Source: Patescibacteria group bacterium (GTDB lineage: Bacteria > Patescibacteriota > Patescibacteriia > Patescibacteriales > UBA12465). From it: a stretch of DNA of 64,000 bases. The stretch spans positions 507,024 through 571,023 of the forward strand of contig JAQUAK010000001.1 of the NCBI GenBank assembly GCA_028687275.1. Reading direction: 5' to 3'. The stretch's first letter is position 1; each line of letters opens with the position of its first letter. The notes under the pieces are model-generated. The model was not told the origin of the DNA, made no database searches, and saw only the letters and a program-made list of their open reading frames with translations. Shown one piece after another: positions 30,947-41,201 of the stretch. The translations under genes were made by a program, and so were the position numbers.

Positions 30947-32899
30947 TTATTTCTTCTTAAATCGTGGCTTAAATGTTTTAGCTTTAAAGGCCGGTTTGGC
31001 AGCTTTTTCTTGTTTCTTCTCTAGTCCAGACATAGTCTCTTTGGATTTAAACACTTTAAATCCAGAAGAGCGAACCCCCATCTTTAACTCTTTATATGGC
31101 CTACTTGGAGTTTTTGCAGAGGATTTAACAACTGGCTTTGCAGCCGGTCTAGCAACTGACTTTACTAATTTACTTGAACTTGATCGAGCAGTAGTATTAC
31201 GTCTAGCTGGACGCCCCTTTGCCTCTTCTTTTAACTGGAACATCTTGCGTCTAAAAGCAAAACGATTACCACCATCAAACTCTGGATTAACAATTAAGGG
31301 GGAGTCATTACTACTTACTGCCGGCACAGCTACTTTTCTAACTTTTTTTTCAGTAGTCAAGGAACGGCTATTATTTTTTTGATCAGAAACTTGTTTAAAG
31401 TTATTTGTTTTAAATCTTGAAGATGGACTACTCTTAAAACCTGATTGACGCTTAGCAGCAAAATCTTTATTAACTGGAAGAGCTTCACGATGAGTAGATT
31501 CGTTTGACTGAAGATAATCTGGGGTAGCAGTAACATCAGTAATAGCTGCCCGCTTACGAAAACCTAAACTACTATAATTTTCAGCCGGAATAGTTCTCGC
31601 TGGGGATGCCTTTGGTCTACGATTATCTTGAAATTTTGAGGCTGAAGAATTTGGTCGATTAAAGTTACGATTCTGTCCAAATTTTTTAGCTGGGAAGTTT
31701 CTTCTACTTGAATCCAACTCATCTCGGCTCTCTACACGAGGACGATTTACACTAGAACCAATATTTTTAACCGGTAAATTCTTTTGAATCAAGCGTTCAA
31801 TCTTTTGAATTTCTCGATATTGATCAGATGAAGCAAAAGAAATTGCTTTTCCTTTCTTCCCAGCACGCGCGGTACGTCCAATGCGATGAACATAATCCTC
31901 AGAATTGTCTGGTAAATCAAAATTTAACACCAGCTCAATATCATTAATATCAAGACCACGAGCAGCTACATCAGTCGCTACTAAAATACGATGTAGCCCA
32001 CTTTTAAAACCAGCTAAAGCAGCCTGACGTTGAGCGAAGGACAGATTAGAATGAATTTCTGCAGCCTTAAAACCATCAAAAAGTAATTTCTTAGTTAGCT
32101 TGGTAGCGCCATGCTTAGTGCGAACAAAGATTAAGACTGAGCCCTTAAATTCATCCAATAGGAGTAAGAGTTGGTCAAAACGAGCATCCCGTGGCAAAAT
32201 TAAAATTTCTTGTTCTACTAATTTAGCAGTGCTGCCAGCCGGAGAAACTTCAACCCGTATTGGCGTATGCAAATATTTTTCTGCTAGTTTCATTACGGCC
32301 GCTGGCATTGTCGCCGAGAATAATAAAGTCTGACGCTCAGCCGGAACTCTCTTTAAGACCTCTTCGATCTGTGGAGCAAAGCCCATATCAAACATCATGT
32401 CAGCCTCATCAAGTACTAACACGGAGATATCATCTAGTTTAACAGTACCTCTTTTAATATGGTCAATTAAACGTCCAGGAGTAGCCACTAAAATATGAGG
32501 CTGACGACGTAGAGCAAATAATTGCCTATTAATCGCTTCACCGCCAATTAAGGAAACAGTGCGTAGTCCCAAAAGACCGCCGAGACTACGTAAACTAGTT
32601 TCAACCTGTCCGGCTAATTCTCTAGTTGGTAATAATACTAAGCCGCGACCCTTCACCTGAGCTAAGCGCTGTAACATCGGAATGCCAAAAGCAAAAGTTT
32701 TACCAGTTCCAGTTTGAGCGATACCTACTAAATCCTGTCCGCTTAAGGCAGCTGGGATGGCTTGATGTTGAATGGGGGTGGGCGTAACCAGCCCTAAGTC
32801 GCTAATGATTTTTAAAATAGATTCCTTAATACCTAAATCGGCAAAAGAAAGGGTGCTAGGTGTTATTTGTATTTCTTTTTTTAACATAAAAATAAGCAA
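30947..32899 (-). CDS. DEAD-box ATP-dependent RNA helicase with ~250-aa basic low-complexity C-terminal tail
   Basis: 650 aa; Q motif, GTGKT, DEAD (VLDEADMM), SAT, HRIGRTAR; tail rich in R/K/S/N. Confidence 0.9.
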   Translation of the reverse strand: MLIFMLKKEIQITPSTLSFADLGIKESILKIISDLGLVTPTPIQHQAIPAALSGQDLVGIAQTGTGKTFAFGIPMLQRLAQVKGRGLVLLPTRELAGQVETSLRSLGGLLGLRTVSLIGGEAINRQLFALRRQPHILVATPGRLIDHIKRGTVKLDDISVLVLDEADMMFDMGFAPQIEEVLKRVPAERQTLLFSATMPAAVMKLAEKYLHTPIRVEVSPAGSTAKLVEQEILILPRDARFDQLLLLLDEFKGSVLIFVRTKHGATKLTKKLLFDGFKAAEIHSNLSFAQRQAALAGFKSGLHRILVATDVAARGLDINDIELVLNFDLPDNSEDYVHRIGRTARAGKKGKAISFASSDQYREIQKIERLIQKNLPVKNIGSSVNRPRVESRDELDSSRRNFPAKKFGQNRNFNRPNSSASKFQDNRRPKASPARTIPAENYSSLGFRKRAAITDVTATPDYLQSNESTHREALPVNKDFAAKRQSGFKSSPSSRFKTNNFKQVSDQKNNSRSLTTEKKVRKVAVPAVSSNDSPLIVNPEFDGGNRFAFRRKMFQLKEEAKGRPARRNTTARSSSSKLVKSVARPAAKPVVKSSAKTPSRPYKELKMGVRSSGFKVFKSKETMSGLEKKQEKAAKPAFKAKTFKPRFKKK

Positions 32900-33202
32900 C
32901 TGGTTTCATTCCAGTCACTTTTACTATAAAATAATTTAGAGAGAGGTGGAGAAGAATACTCTTGATTAAAATATACCACAAAAATTCAAATTAAGTCAAG
33001 TCAATTTATATATTTTACTAATAATAAATAAAATATAACAATAAAAATCAGCTCAATATTTTAAACATAATATTTTCATAATTTTATTATATTAAAAAAA
33101 TCCTAAATCAATAATATTACTTGCCTAATGCCCTCCCTTCGCCTATCATATTTATATAATTAATAACACTATATTATGCGCGTACCTATTCGTAGAGGAG
33201 AA

Positions 33203-33679
33203 ATGAATAATTTTAAAGCAAAGGATTACAGTTTTAGTCAAACTAAATATAAAGAATTAGAACTAACCCTAGCTCGCCTATTACAGCGTCGCCCTAAAGA
33301 AGCTAAAGAGGTAAAACGCTTAGCGGAAATGGGCGATTTTTCTGAAAATGTTGGCTATCAAATGGCTAAAGGTCGTTTACGTGGTTTAAATCAAAGAATT
33401 CTAGATATTGAAGATAGCTTAAAAAAAGCTGATATTGTCATTGTAAATAATAATACCAGCCAAGTACAAATTGGGCACAAAGTTACAATAACGAGTGATG
33501 GTATCAAAAAAATGTATACAATCTTAGGGGCAAGCGAAAGTAACCCCGCTGCTGGAGTAATTTCTGCCTCTTCCCCGCTAGGATCAGCTTTACTTAATAA
33601 AAAAATTGGAGATGAGTTTGATTTAGAAATTAATGGCAAGAGTAAACACTATTTTTTAATAAATATTGAAGTAAAATAA
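33203..33679 (+). CDS. greA: Transcription elongation factor GreA
   Basis: Coiled-coil N-domain plus FKBP-like C-domain (QVQIGHKVTI...ISASSPLGSALLNKKIGDEF). Start moved to ATG 33203, which has a perfect SD (GAGGAGAAATG); the track ORF starts 27 nt upstream. Confidence 0.85.
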   Translation: MNNFKAKDYSFSQTKYKELELTLARLLQRRPKEAKEVKRLAEMGDFSENVGYQMAKGRLRGLNQRILDIEDSLKKADIVIVNNNTSQVQIGHKVTITSDGIKKMYTILGASESNPAAGVISASSPLGSALLNKKIGDEFDLEINGKSKHYFLINIEVK

Positions 33680-33681
33680 AT

Positions 33682-35442
33682 ATGCCTATCCTGCTCCAGG
33701 CTAGTAATCTTAGTAAAGAGTATAGTGGCCAGAAAATTTTTTCTGGCCTGTCTTTTACTATTAATGATAAACAAAAAATCGGAGTGATTGGCCAAAACGG
33801 AGCCGGTAAATCAACTCTTTTTCGTATTATTACCGGTGAAGAAACCGCTGATGATGGTGAAATAATAATTAATAGTGAAACTAATATCGGCTATCTGGAA
33901 CAAAGCGATGACTGGCAGGCCGAAGAAAGTTCTTTAAATTTTTTACATCGTCAGAGCGGGCGCCCTGAGTGGCGCATTAGACAATTGGCTAGTAAATTTG
34001 AACTAGATGAAGGGATGCTTAAACGAGAAGCTGCCAGTCTTTCTGGCGGTTGGCGCATGCGTCTTAAATTGACTGGCATGCTCTTAAAGGAACCTAATCT
34101 TTTCCTGCTTGATGAGCCAAGTAATTATTTAGATTTAAATACTTTACTGCTACTAGAAAATTACCTTCAAGCTTATAATGGTAGTTTTTTAATTATTTCC
34201 CATGATCGTGAATTTCTAAAAAAAACTTGTACCGAAACAATAGAAATATCAAAGACTGGTTGTTATCACTATCCTGGTAACATTGAAAATTATCTTGCTT
34301 TCAAAGAGCAAAAATTAAGCTCTTTGATTAAGGCTAATGATAGTATAGATAAACAGCAACAACATTGGCAAGAATTTGTTAATCGTTTCCGCTCAAAAGA
34401 TTCGAAGGCTAAACAAGCACAGGCAATGATTCGTAAAATAAATAAATTGGAACAAAAAAAAATTAGTATTGAACACCAGGCTGGCATTACTCGTATTATT
34501 ATTCCGCCAGTCAGTAAACGTAATAACTTTGCTCTCAAAACTAACAATCTTAGCATCGGCTATAGTGACAAAAAAATAGCAAATAATATTAATATAGATT
34601 GCCATGCTGGAGAAAAACTAGCCATTCTTGGCTTAAACGGACAAGGAAAAACCACCCTTATTAAAACATTATGCGGTCGCTTAAAGCCTTTAGGCGGATC
34701 TTTTCATTTTGCTGCTAATAGCCATCTAGCTTATCATGGGCAAGAAGAAATGGAAGCGATGGACGGACAAGAACAAGCTGGCGATTTCTTAAGACGCGTC
34801 GCCGCTAGTGACATCAAAACAGAGGCAGTTTTAAAAATGGCCGGAGACTTTTTATTTCGTGATGAAGAATTAAAAAAATCAATCTCCGTCCTTTCTGGAG
34901 GAGAAAAATCACGCCTACTTTTAGCCGGCTTACTATTATCCAAACCTGATATTTTAGTATTAGATGAACCCACTTGTCACTTAGACTTTGAAACTAGCGA
35001 AGCCCTAGCTCAAGCTTTAAATAAATTTAATGGCACTATTCTTTTCTCAAGCCATGACCGCACTTTTTCTAGTTTAGTTTCTACCGGCATTATTGAAATC
35101 AGCCAAGGGCAAGCTAAACGGTTACACGAAGATTATAATGACTATATTAAACGCTTAGAAAAAATTCTCTGGCAACTACCAGAAGAAATAGAAAATACAA
35201 TTCATGATAAGACGGCAGAAAGGGCTCGTTATATTGAACAAAAAAATCTGCAAAAAAAAATCAACTCTTTAGAAAAAAAGTTGAATGAACTGCAAATATA
35301 CAAACAAGAGTTGTTAAATTATTTTCTTGAACATTATCAAGAGTATAATCCTGAAAAAACACAAGAACTAGAAGATACTACAAGGAGGATCAACGACTAC
35401 GAAGAGCGTTGGCTAGAGCTTTCCTCACTCCGTTTAGAGTAG
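33682..35442 (+). CDS. ABC-F family ATPase (two ABC domains, EttA/Uup-like translation factor type)
   Basis: 586 aa; two Walker A sites (GQNGAGKST; GLNGQGKTT), two signature motifs (LSGGWRMR; LSGGEKSRL), inter-domain linker and C-terminal coiled coil; no TM domain. Confidence 0.85.
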   Translation: MPILLQASNLSKEYSGQKIFSGLSFTINDKQKIGVIGQNGAGKSTLFRIITGEETADDGEIIINSETNIGYLEQSDDWQAEESSLNFLHRQSGRPEWRIRQLASKFELDEGMLKREAASLSGGWRMRLKLTGMLLKEPNLFLLDEPSNYLDLNTLLLLENYLQAYNGSFLIISHDREFLKKTCTETIEISKTGCYHYPGNIENYLAFKEQKLSSLIKANDSIDKQQQHWQEFVNRFRSKDSKAKQAQAMIRKINKLEQKKISIEHQAGITRIIIPPVSKRNNFALKTNNLSIGYSDKKIANNINIDCHAGEKLAILGLNGQGKTTLIKTLCGRLKPLGGSFHFAANSHLAYHGQEEMEAMDGQEQAGDFLRRVAASDIKTEAVLKMAGDFLFRDEELKKSISVLSGGEKSRLLLAGLLLSKPDILVLDEPTCHLDFETSEALAQALNKFNGTILFSSHDRTFSSLVSTGIIEISQGQAKRLHEDYNDYIKRLEKILWQLPEEIENTIHDKTAERARYIEQKNLQKKINSLEKKLNELQIYKQELLNYFLEHYQEYNPEKTQELEDTTRRINDYEERWLELSSLRLE

Positions 35443-35986
35443 GAAAAATTTGTTTTGAATTTATAGACTCTAATGCCTGATATAAAACTAATCCAGCAGC
35501 CACCATTACATTTAAAGACTTATTAAAACCGTGCATGGGGATTTCAACCACCCCATCTACTAGTTTTAAAATATCTTCACTCAACCCTTCGCTTTCATTG
35601 CCAAAAAGAAAGGCGGCTGGTTTAATATATTTTGTGATTAAATAATTCCTAGCTTGTGGGGCCTGTTCAACTGCATAAATACTAACCCCTAAAGATTTTA
35701 ATTCAAAGATAGCCTCACTTGCATTTAAACAATAACGCCAAGGAACCAACTGATAAGTGCCAACAGAGGCTTTTACTATGCGATGATTTGGCGGCGTTGC
35801 ACAAGAACCACATAAATATAGACAGCTCGCACCAACAGCATCAGCTAAACGAAAAAAGCCACCAATATTATAGGTGTCTAGAACATTGTCTAAAATTATG
35901 TAAATCGGTTGTTGAAGGCGCCTCTTTTTTATCTGCTCGGCCTCACCAGGCTTTAAATTACGTAAATTTTTAGCATTAAGTACCAT
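35390..35986 (-). CDS. SpoU/TrmH-family tRNA/rRNA 2'-O-methyltransferase
   Basis: 198 aa; SPOUT motifs (ILDNVLDTYNIGGFFRLADAVGA; NESEGLS; GFNKSLNVMVAAGLVLY). Its 3' end overlaps the convergent ABC-F gene by 53 nt. Confidence 0.8.
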   Translation of the reverse strand: MVLNAKNLRNLKPGEAEQIKKRRLQQPIYIILDNVLDTYNIGGFFRLADAVGASCLYLCGSCATPPNHRIVKASVGTYQLVPWRYCLNASEAIFELKSLGVSIYAVEQAPQARNYLITKYIKPAAFLFGNESEGLSEDILKLVDGVVEIPMHGFNKSLNVMVAAGLVLYQALESINSKQIFPTLNGVRKALANALRSR

Positions 35987-35998
35987 AATATTGAAATT

Positions 35999-36361
35999 TT
36001 AAAGAGAGTTCAAAGCACCCTGTATCGCCCGCAAACTAATTAAAGCGCATTTTGAACGACGAGGACTAATTCTAATGCCCAATAATTTCTGTAAATCATC
36101 TAAACCAAGTGAGAGAACGTATTCTTTACTCTTCCCAATCATTTCTTCGCTTAGAATTGAGGTCATTGCCACTGAAATAGCACAGCCATCCCCTTCAAAA
36201 GAAATATCTGCAATCAAGCCCGCTTTCATTTTTACAAACACAGTGATATCATCGCCACAGCTACGATTTAATTCCTGGAAGGAAACATCAGCCTTTTCCA
36301 TCTTGCCCCGATGACGTGGGCGCTGATAATGATCTAAAATGTTTTGAGCGTAGATGTCCAT
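35999..36361 (-). CDS. sufU: SUF-system Fe-S cluster scaffold SufU (NifU/IscU-like)
   Basis: Start moved to MDIYAQNILDHYQRPRHRG (ATG at 36361, 1 nt after the sufS stop); conserved Cys in NRSCGDDITVFV and EGDGCAIS. Confidence 0.8.
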   Translation of the reverse strand: MDIYAQNILDHYQRPRHRGKMEKADVSFQELNRSCGDDITVFVKMKAGLIADISFEGDGCAISVAMTSILSEEMIGKSKEYVLSLGLDDLQKLLGIRISPRRSKCALISLRAIQGALNSL

Positions 36362-36362
36362 A

Positions 36363-37574
36363 TTAATTTTTAAATATTTCTTTAATTTCTGATAAAGCAA
36401 CAATAAAATTATCAATTTCTTCAGTAGTATTATAGAAAGATAAACTAGCGCGCAAACTAGCCTTTACCTTAAAATAATCATGGATTGGCTGAGCACAATG
36501 GTGACCAGCGCGTACTATAATTCCTCTCTCTCCCAATAAATCAGCAGCATCATGAGGGTGAAAGCCAGTCAAAGATAAGGCAAAAACTGGTAAACGCCCC
36601 TCTTCCCCTCCTAAAACTTTAACGAAATCTAATTTTTTGATTGCCTGTATAAAATATTTACTTAAATTTTCTTCACGGCTGATAATCTCTTGCCAGCCGA
36701 TTTTTTTTATAAAATCAATCGCCGTCCCTAAGGCAATTGCACCCTCAATATTTGGTGTGCCAGCCTCAAATTTATTAGGTAAAACAGCCGGCTTGAAGCT
36801 CTGACATAAAACCTCGCTAATCATATTGCCACCACCTAAAAAAGAAGGCATTTTCTCTAATAACTCTTTACGACCATAAAGGACGCCAATACCAGATGGA
36901 GCAAATAACTTATGTCCAGAAAAAGACACAAAATCAGCCCCTAAAATCTTTACGTCCAATGATCGATGGGCAATGGCTTGAGCGGCATCCACGACGGTAA
37001 TTATATTTTTAATTTTCGCACGTTTAATTAAAGGCTCTAAATTATAATACTGCCCTAAAACATTAGAGGCTAAAGTAATAGCAATTAAACGCAATTTTGG
37101 CTGAGCAAATATTTTATCTAGACTGTCAGCCGAAAGTGTGCCCTCATCATTCAAATCAATATACTCAATAACAATTCCTATTTTCTCTTTTAACTGCAAC
37201 CAAGGCACTAAATTAGCATGATGCTCAGCTCGGCTAAGAGCAATTACATCACCTTTTTTGAGATTTTGCTCACCCCAACTACGGGCCACTAAATTAAAAC
37301 CAAAAGTTGCACCTGAAGTAAATATTATTTCTTCGCGATCGGCCCCAATAAAAGCAGCCACTTTAGAGCGAGAACTTTCATATAAATTGGTCGCCTCTTC
37401 AGATAAAAAGTTTGGCCCACGATGAACATTGGCATTATATAAATTATAGTATTCATTCACGGCATCAATTACCACCTGAGGCTTAGGAGTGGTAGCAGCA
37501 TTATCAAAATACTGTAAAGGCTTACCCTCATAAACTCGATTTAGAAGTGGAAAATATAAACGATAATCTAGCAT
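36363..37574 (-). CDS. sufS: Cysteine desulfurase SufS
   Basis: 403 aa; PLP-fold class V aminotransferase, SGHKLFAPSGIGVLY (PLP Lys), catalytic Cys in RAGHHCAQP. Confidence 0.9.
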   Translation of the reverse strand: MLDYRLYFPLLNRVYEGKPLQYFDNAATTPKPQVVIDAVNEYYNLYNANVHRGPNFLSEEATNLYESSRSKVAAFIGADREEIIFTSGATFGFNLVARSWGEQNLKKGDVIALSRAEHHANLVPWLQLKEKIGIVIEYIDLNDEGTLSADSLDKIFAQPKLRLIAITLASNVLGQYYNLEPLIKRAKIKNIITVVDAAQAIAHRSLDVKILGADFVSFSGHKLFAPSGIGVLYGRKELLEKMPSFLGGGNMISEVLCQSFKPAVLPNKFEAGTPNIEGAIALGTAIDFIKKIGWQEIISREENLSKYFIQAIKKLDFVKVLGGEEGRLPVFALSLTGFHPHDAADLLGERGIIVRAGHHCAQPIHDYFKVKASLRASLSFYNTTEEIDNFIVALSEIKEIFKN

Positions 37575-38314
37575 AAACGAGTAGATATTAGATGTATTAA
37601 TTCCTCTTTCAAGCCGTCATCTGATAAATCAGTCACAAATTTCTTGGCCATCGATAAGGCAAATAATTTTTGAATATCTTCAGGGGCAAGCCCGCGGCTG
37701 CGCAAATAAAACATATCCTCAGCTGATAACTGAAAAGTGCTGGCGCTATGACCAGCCTTAACATCATTAGCGGCAATATTTAAAACGGGAACAAGTTGAC
37801 CGCGACTTTCCGGGCCAATTAAACGAAGACGCATATCTACCCTGGTATCACTTTGCTGGGCTTTATTCAAAACATTTAAACTGGCAATATAACTGAGTTG
37901 AGACTTATCATTAAGCAGTCCATCAACTAAAACTCTGCCCGAACTAGATCGTTCATTAAAATTATAATCAGCCTTAACTTTTAATTTTTCTTCCTTTTCT
38001 CCAATATATAAAGAGCGGCTAGTAATTTGAGCTCGCTCAGCTAAATTATGTACTAATTCCACTTCGTCATTTTGATCAAGAAAAAGATAATAAGCATTCA
38101 AGGAGGCTCCTTCTTGAATATCAAAACGACGAATTATTTTTTTGATATCAATTAATTTTGGCAAGACTAAAACGTACTGGGCCTTCATGCCTGCAGCTAT
38201 TTGAATCTCACGCTCAGCTGGAATGTTGCTCACATCATTTTCAATAATAAGTAACTCCTGCTCAAGAGGTGGGATAATATTTTTTTCTATAGAATTTAAT
38301 TTAAGGATATTCAT
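37568..38314 (-). CDS. sufD: Fe-S cluster assembly protein SufD (short form, C-terminal beta-helix domain only)
   Basis: 248 aa; C-terminal GHSASTFQLSAEDMFYLRSRGL matches the conserved SufB/SufD C-terminal motif; position between sufB and sufS. Confidence 0.7.
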   Translation of the reverse strand: MNILKLNSIEKNIIPPLEQELLIIENDVSNIPAEREIQIAAGMKAQYVLVLPKLIDIKKIIRRFDIQEGASLNAYYLFLDQNDEVELVHNLAERAQITSRSLYIGEKEEKLKVKADYNFNERSSSGRVLVDGLLNDKSQLSYIASLNVLNKAQQSDTRVDMRLRLIGPESRGQLVPVLNIAANDVKAGHSASTFQLSAEDMFYLRSRGLAPEDIQKLFALSMAKKFVTDLSDDGLKEELIHLISTRLC

Positions 38315-38317
38315 AAA

Positions 38318-39712
38318 TTAACCGACGCTATTTTCCATTTCTAATTCCACCATCCGATTCATTTCCACTGAATACTCAAGTGGCAACTCCTTAGTAATAG
38401 GCTCAATAAAGCCATTAACAATCATGGCGGCCGCCTCAGCCTCTTTCAGGCCACGACTACGTAGATAAAACATATCTTCAGCATTAATCTTGCCAGCGCT
38501 AGCTTCATGAGCAATAGTAGCAGTTGAATTATGGATTTTCATTACAGGGATAGTATCAGAAACAGAAATTTCATCCAAAATTAAAGCATCACATTGCACT
38601 GACACAACCGCGTTGTCAGCCTTAGGTGAAATTTCAACTAAACCGCGATAAATTGATTTGCCGCCATCCTTACTAATACTTTTCATGACAATGTTAGAGC
38701 TAGTATTTTTAGCAGCGTGAATAACTTTAGCGCCCGTATCCTGTGTTTGCCCTTCATTAGCGAAGGCGACACCGAGATGGTCAGCGCTAGCCCCTTCTCC
38801 CACTAAAATGGAGCAAGGGTAAAGCATGGTGACATTGCTACCGAAATTACCACCAACCCATTCCATGTGAGCTTTCTCTTCCACAATCGCTCGCTTAGTA
38901 TTTAGATTATAAGCATCCTTGCTCCAGCTCTCAACGCTACTATAACGAAAGCGAGCCCCTTTTCTAACATATATTTCTACTCCACCAGCATGCAAAGAAT
39001 CAACGCCATAGCGCGGAGCGCTACAGCCTTCAATATAATGAGCTTGAGCCCCCTCTTCTACAATAATTAGGGTATGTTCAAACTGGCCCATACCTTTGGC
39101 ATTCATGCGAAAATAGGCCTGTAAAGGCTCATCAATGGTCACACCAGCCGGAATATATAAGAAAGTTCCACCACTCCAAACTGCACCATGCAAGGCAGCA
39201 AATTTATGCAAAGAAATTGGCATGGCCTTCATAAAATTAGGACGAACTAATTCTGGATATTTTTTTAAAGCTACGTCCAAATCTTCAAAAATTACCCCCA
39301 ATTTTTGATATTCTTCTTTTAGGCTATGGTAAATGACCGTTGATTCATACTGCGCGCCAACACCGGCAAAAAATTCTTGTTCGCCCTTGGGGATGCCCAA
39401 TTTATCAAAAGTATTTTTAATATCAATGGGGACATCATCCCAACTTTGTGCCTGCCCCTCCATCGCCTTGGCATAGTAAGTAATCTTATCTAAATTTAAA
39501 ATAGACAAATCTGGACCCCAAGTTGGCAAGGCCATTTTTTCAAATTGAGCTAAAGATTCTAAACGATGAGCCAGCATCCACTCAGGCTCTTCTTTCTCAG
39601 CCGAAATACGACGTACCAAGTCCTCAGTCAAACCGTTTTTAGTTTTCTGCATGTAATCAGACTGATTATAATCATCCCATAAGGAATCATGTGCTTTATT
39701 TTTTTCTGACAT
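38318..39712 (-). CDS. sufB: Fe-S cluster assembly protein SufB
   Basis: 464 aa; SufB beta-helix with conserved ...IAHEASAGKINAEDMFYLRSRGL C-terminus. Confidence 0.9.
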   Translation of the reverse strand: MSEKNKAHDSLWDDYNQSDYMQKTKNGLTEDLVRRISAEKEEPEWMLAHRLESLAQFEKMALPTWGPDLSILNLDKITYYAKAMEGQAQSWDDVPIDIKNTFDKLGIPKGEQEFFAGVGAQYESTVIYHSLKEEYQKLGVIFEDLDVALKKYPELVRPNFMKAMPISLHKFAALHGAVWSGGTFLYIPAGVTIDEPLQAYFRMNAKGMGQFEHTLIIVEEGAQAHYIEGCSAPRYGVDSLHAGGVEIYVRKGARFRYSSVESWSKDAYNLNTKRAIVEEKAHMEWVGGNFGSNVTMLYPCSILVGEGASADHLGVAFANEGQTQDTGAKVIHAAKNTSSNIVMKSISKDGGKSIYRGLVEISPKADNAVVSVQCDALILDEISVSDTIPVMKIHNSTATIAHEASAGKINAEDMFYLRSRGLKEAEAAAMIVNGFIEPITKELPLEYSVEMNRMVELEMENSVG

Positions 39713-39717
39713 AAAAA

Positions 39718-40461
39718 TTATTTAAGAGCGCTAAAGCCTTCTTGCTCTAATTGCGCGGCTAATTCCTGCCCACCACTTTTTACAATCTTGCCGCGTGACA
39801 TAACTAAGACGCGATCAGGATTAATATATTTTAATACTCTTTGATAGTGAGTAACAGCTAATAAACTATTTTTATCATTTTTAAAACGCTTAATAGCTTG
39901 GCCCGCTACTTCTAAGGCATCAACATCCAAGCCAGAATCAATTTCATCAAAAATAGCTAAGCTTGGGCTGGCTAAGGCTAATTGTAAAAGCTCTGATTTC
40001 TTTTTTTCGCCACCAGAAAAATCTTGATTTAATTGACGGCTAGACCAATCAGTATGTATTTGTAAAGATGATAATTCTTTATCTAACTTTTCTTTAAAAG
40101 AAAAGACACTGCCAGGGTCTTGCTGACGAGCAGTTCGAACTGATTTATAGGCATCAAATAAAAATGGAAAAAGCTCTAAACCAGCAATTTCACGTGGCTC
40201 TTGAAAGGCTAAAAATAAACCAGCCACTGCCCGCTCTTCGGGCTTAGCTGAACTTATATCCTTACCCTGAAAAATAATCTGACCACTTTTAACTTCATAA
40301 TCAGGGTGACCCATCAACACATTAGCGAGAGTACTCTTACCAGAACCATTAGGTCCCATAATAACTACGCTCTCCCCTTCGTCAATTTCAAAACTAATAT
40401 CATCTAAAATTAGTTTATCCTTAGCCATAACGACTAAATTTTTTACTTCTAACATTTTCAT
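39718..40461 (-). CDS. sufC: Fe-S cluster assembly ATPase SufC
   Basis: 247 aa; Walker A GPNGSGKST, signature FSGGEKKKSELLQL, Walker B IFDEIDSGLD. Confidence 0.9.
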   Translation of the reverse strand: MKMLEVKNLVVMAKDKLILDDISFEIDEGESVVIMGPNGSGKSTLANVLMGHPDYEVKSGQIIFQGKDISSAKPEERAVAGLFLAFQEPREIAGLELFPFLFDAYKSVRTARQQDPGSVFSFKEKLDKELSSLQIHTDWSSRQLNQDFSGGEKKKSELLQLALASPSLAIFDEIDSGLDVDALEVAGQAIKRFKNDKNSLLAVTHYQRVLKYINPDRVLVMSRGKIVKSGGQELAAQLEQEGFSALK

Positions 40462-40865
40462 ATTTTTTTATCCAGCAAGGAAGCTAAACTTCTTTGACCC
40501 AGACTCTTTTTTATATCACCTAATAATAATGGCCAAGCCCCTTTTAAACCACAGTCTTGAAAGTGTGGACAGGCTTTAGTCTTACTATGATTACAGCGTA
40601 CTTTTATTTCACCAGATAAAGCCTCTAAAATATCTAAGGCCTGAATACCTTCTGGCTCACGGGATAAGTAATAACCGCCACCAGCACCCTCTTTACTTTT
40701 CACTAAACCAGCATCCTGTAGAGATTTAGCGATTTGACTTAGATAAGATGAAGACACCCCTAAAACTTTGGCGAGAGGTGAAAGTGGCAATATTTGCCCT
40801 GAGTAACGTGCTAATTCCATCATAATCAGCAAGCCATAATCCGTTTTGGTTGAAATCTGAAACAT
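40458..40865 (-). CDS. Rrf2-family transcriptional regulator (IscR/SufR-like, three Cys ligands)
   Basis: 135 aa; N-terminal wHTH (TDYGLLIMMELARY...SSSYLSQIAKSLQDAGLV); Cys cluster CNHSKTKACPHFQDC. Confidence 0.85.
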   Translation of the reverse strand: MFQISTKTDYGLLIMMELARYSGQILPLSPLAKVLGVSSSYLSQIAKSLQDAGLVKSKEGAGGGYYLSREPEGIQALDILEALSGEIKVRCNHSKTKACPHFQDCGLKGAWPLLLGDIKKSLGQRSLASLLDKKI

Positions 40866-40868
40866 ATT

Positions 40869-40882
40869 TATAGTTAACTATA
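40869..40882. promoter_or_regulatory. Perfect 14-bp palindrome TATAGTTAACTATA, 3 nt upstream of the Rrf2 start; candidate Rrf2 operator of the suf operon
   Basis: Palindrome read directly; a second partial copy TTATAGTTAATA at 40893-40904. Confidence 0.4.
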
Positions 40883-41201
40883 AGTAAATTCATTATAGTT
40901 AATATTTAAAAAAAAGCAAGAGCTAGAACTCTTTAAAAGAAAAAGGGCCGCAATTATCAAAAAAGATAAAAGCGGCCCCAAAAAAAGCAAAAGCAAAGGT
41001 AGAAAAAACAGAAAACAGAAAATTCATTAACTCTCCAAGAAAGGAAAAGATGCTACCCAGCCAGCTTATATAATGTACTATATCTCATTCAGTATATGGA
41101 TTTTACTATATACCTATAAAGATGTCAATCCCTTTTTCAAGCTTATAATTACAACACAAAAAAACACTAATTTTAGACAAAATAAATCAGCAAGTCCAGC
41201 C

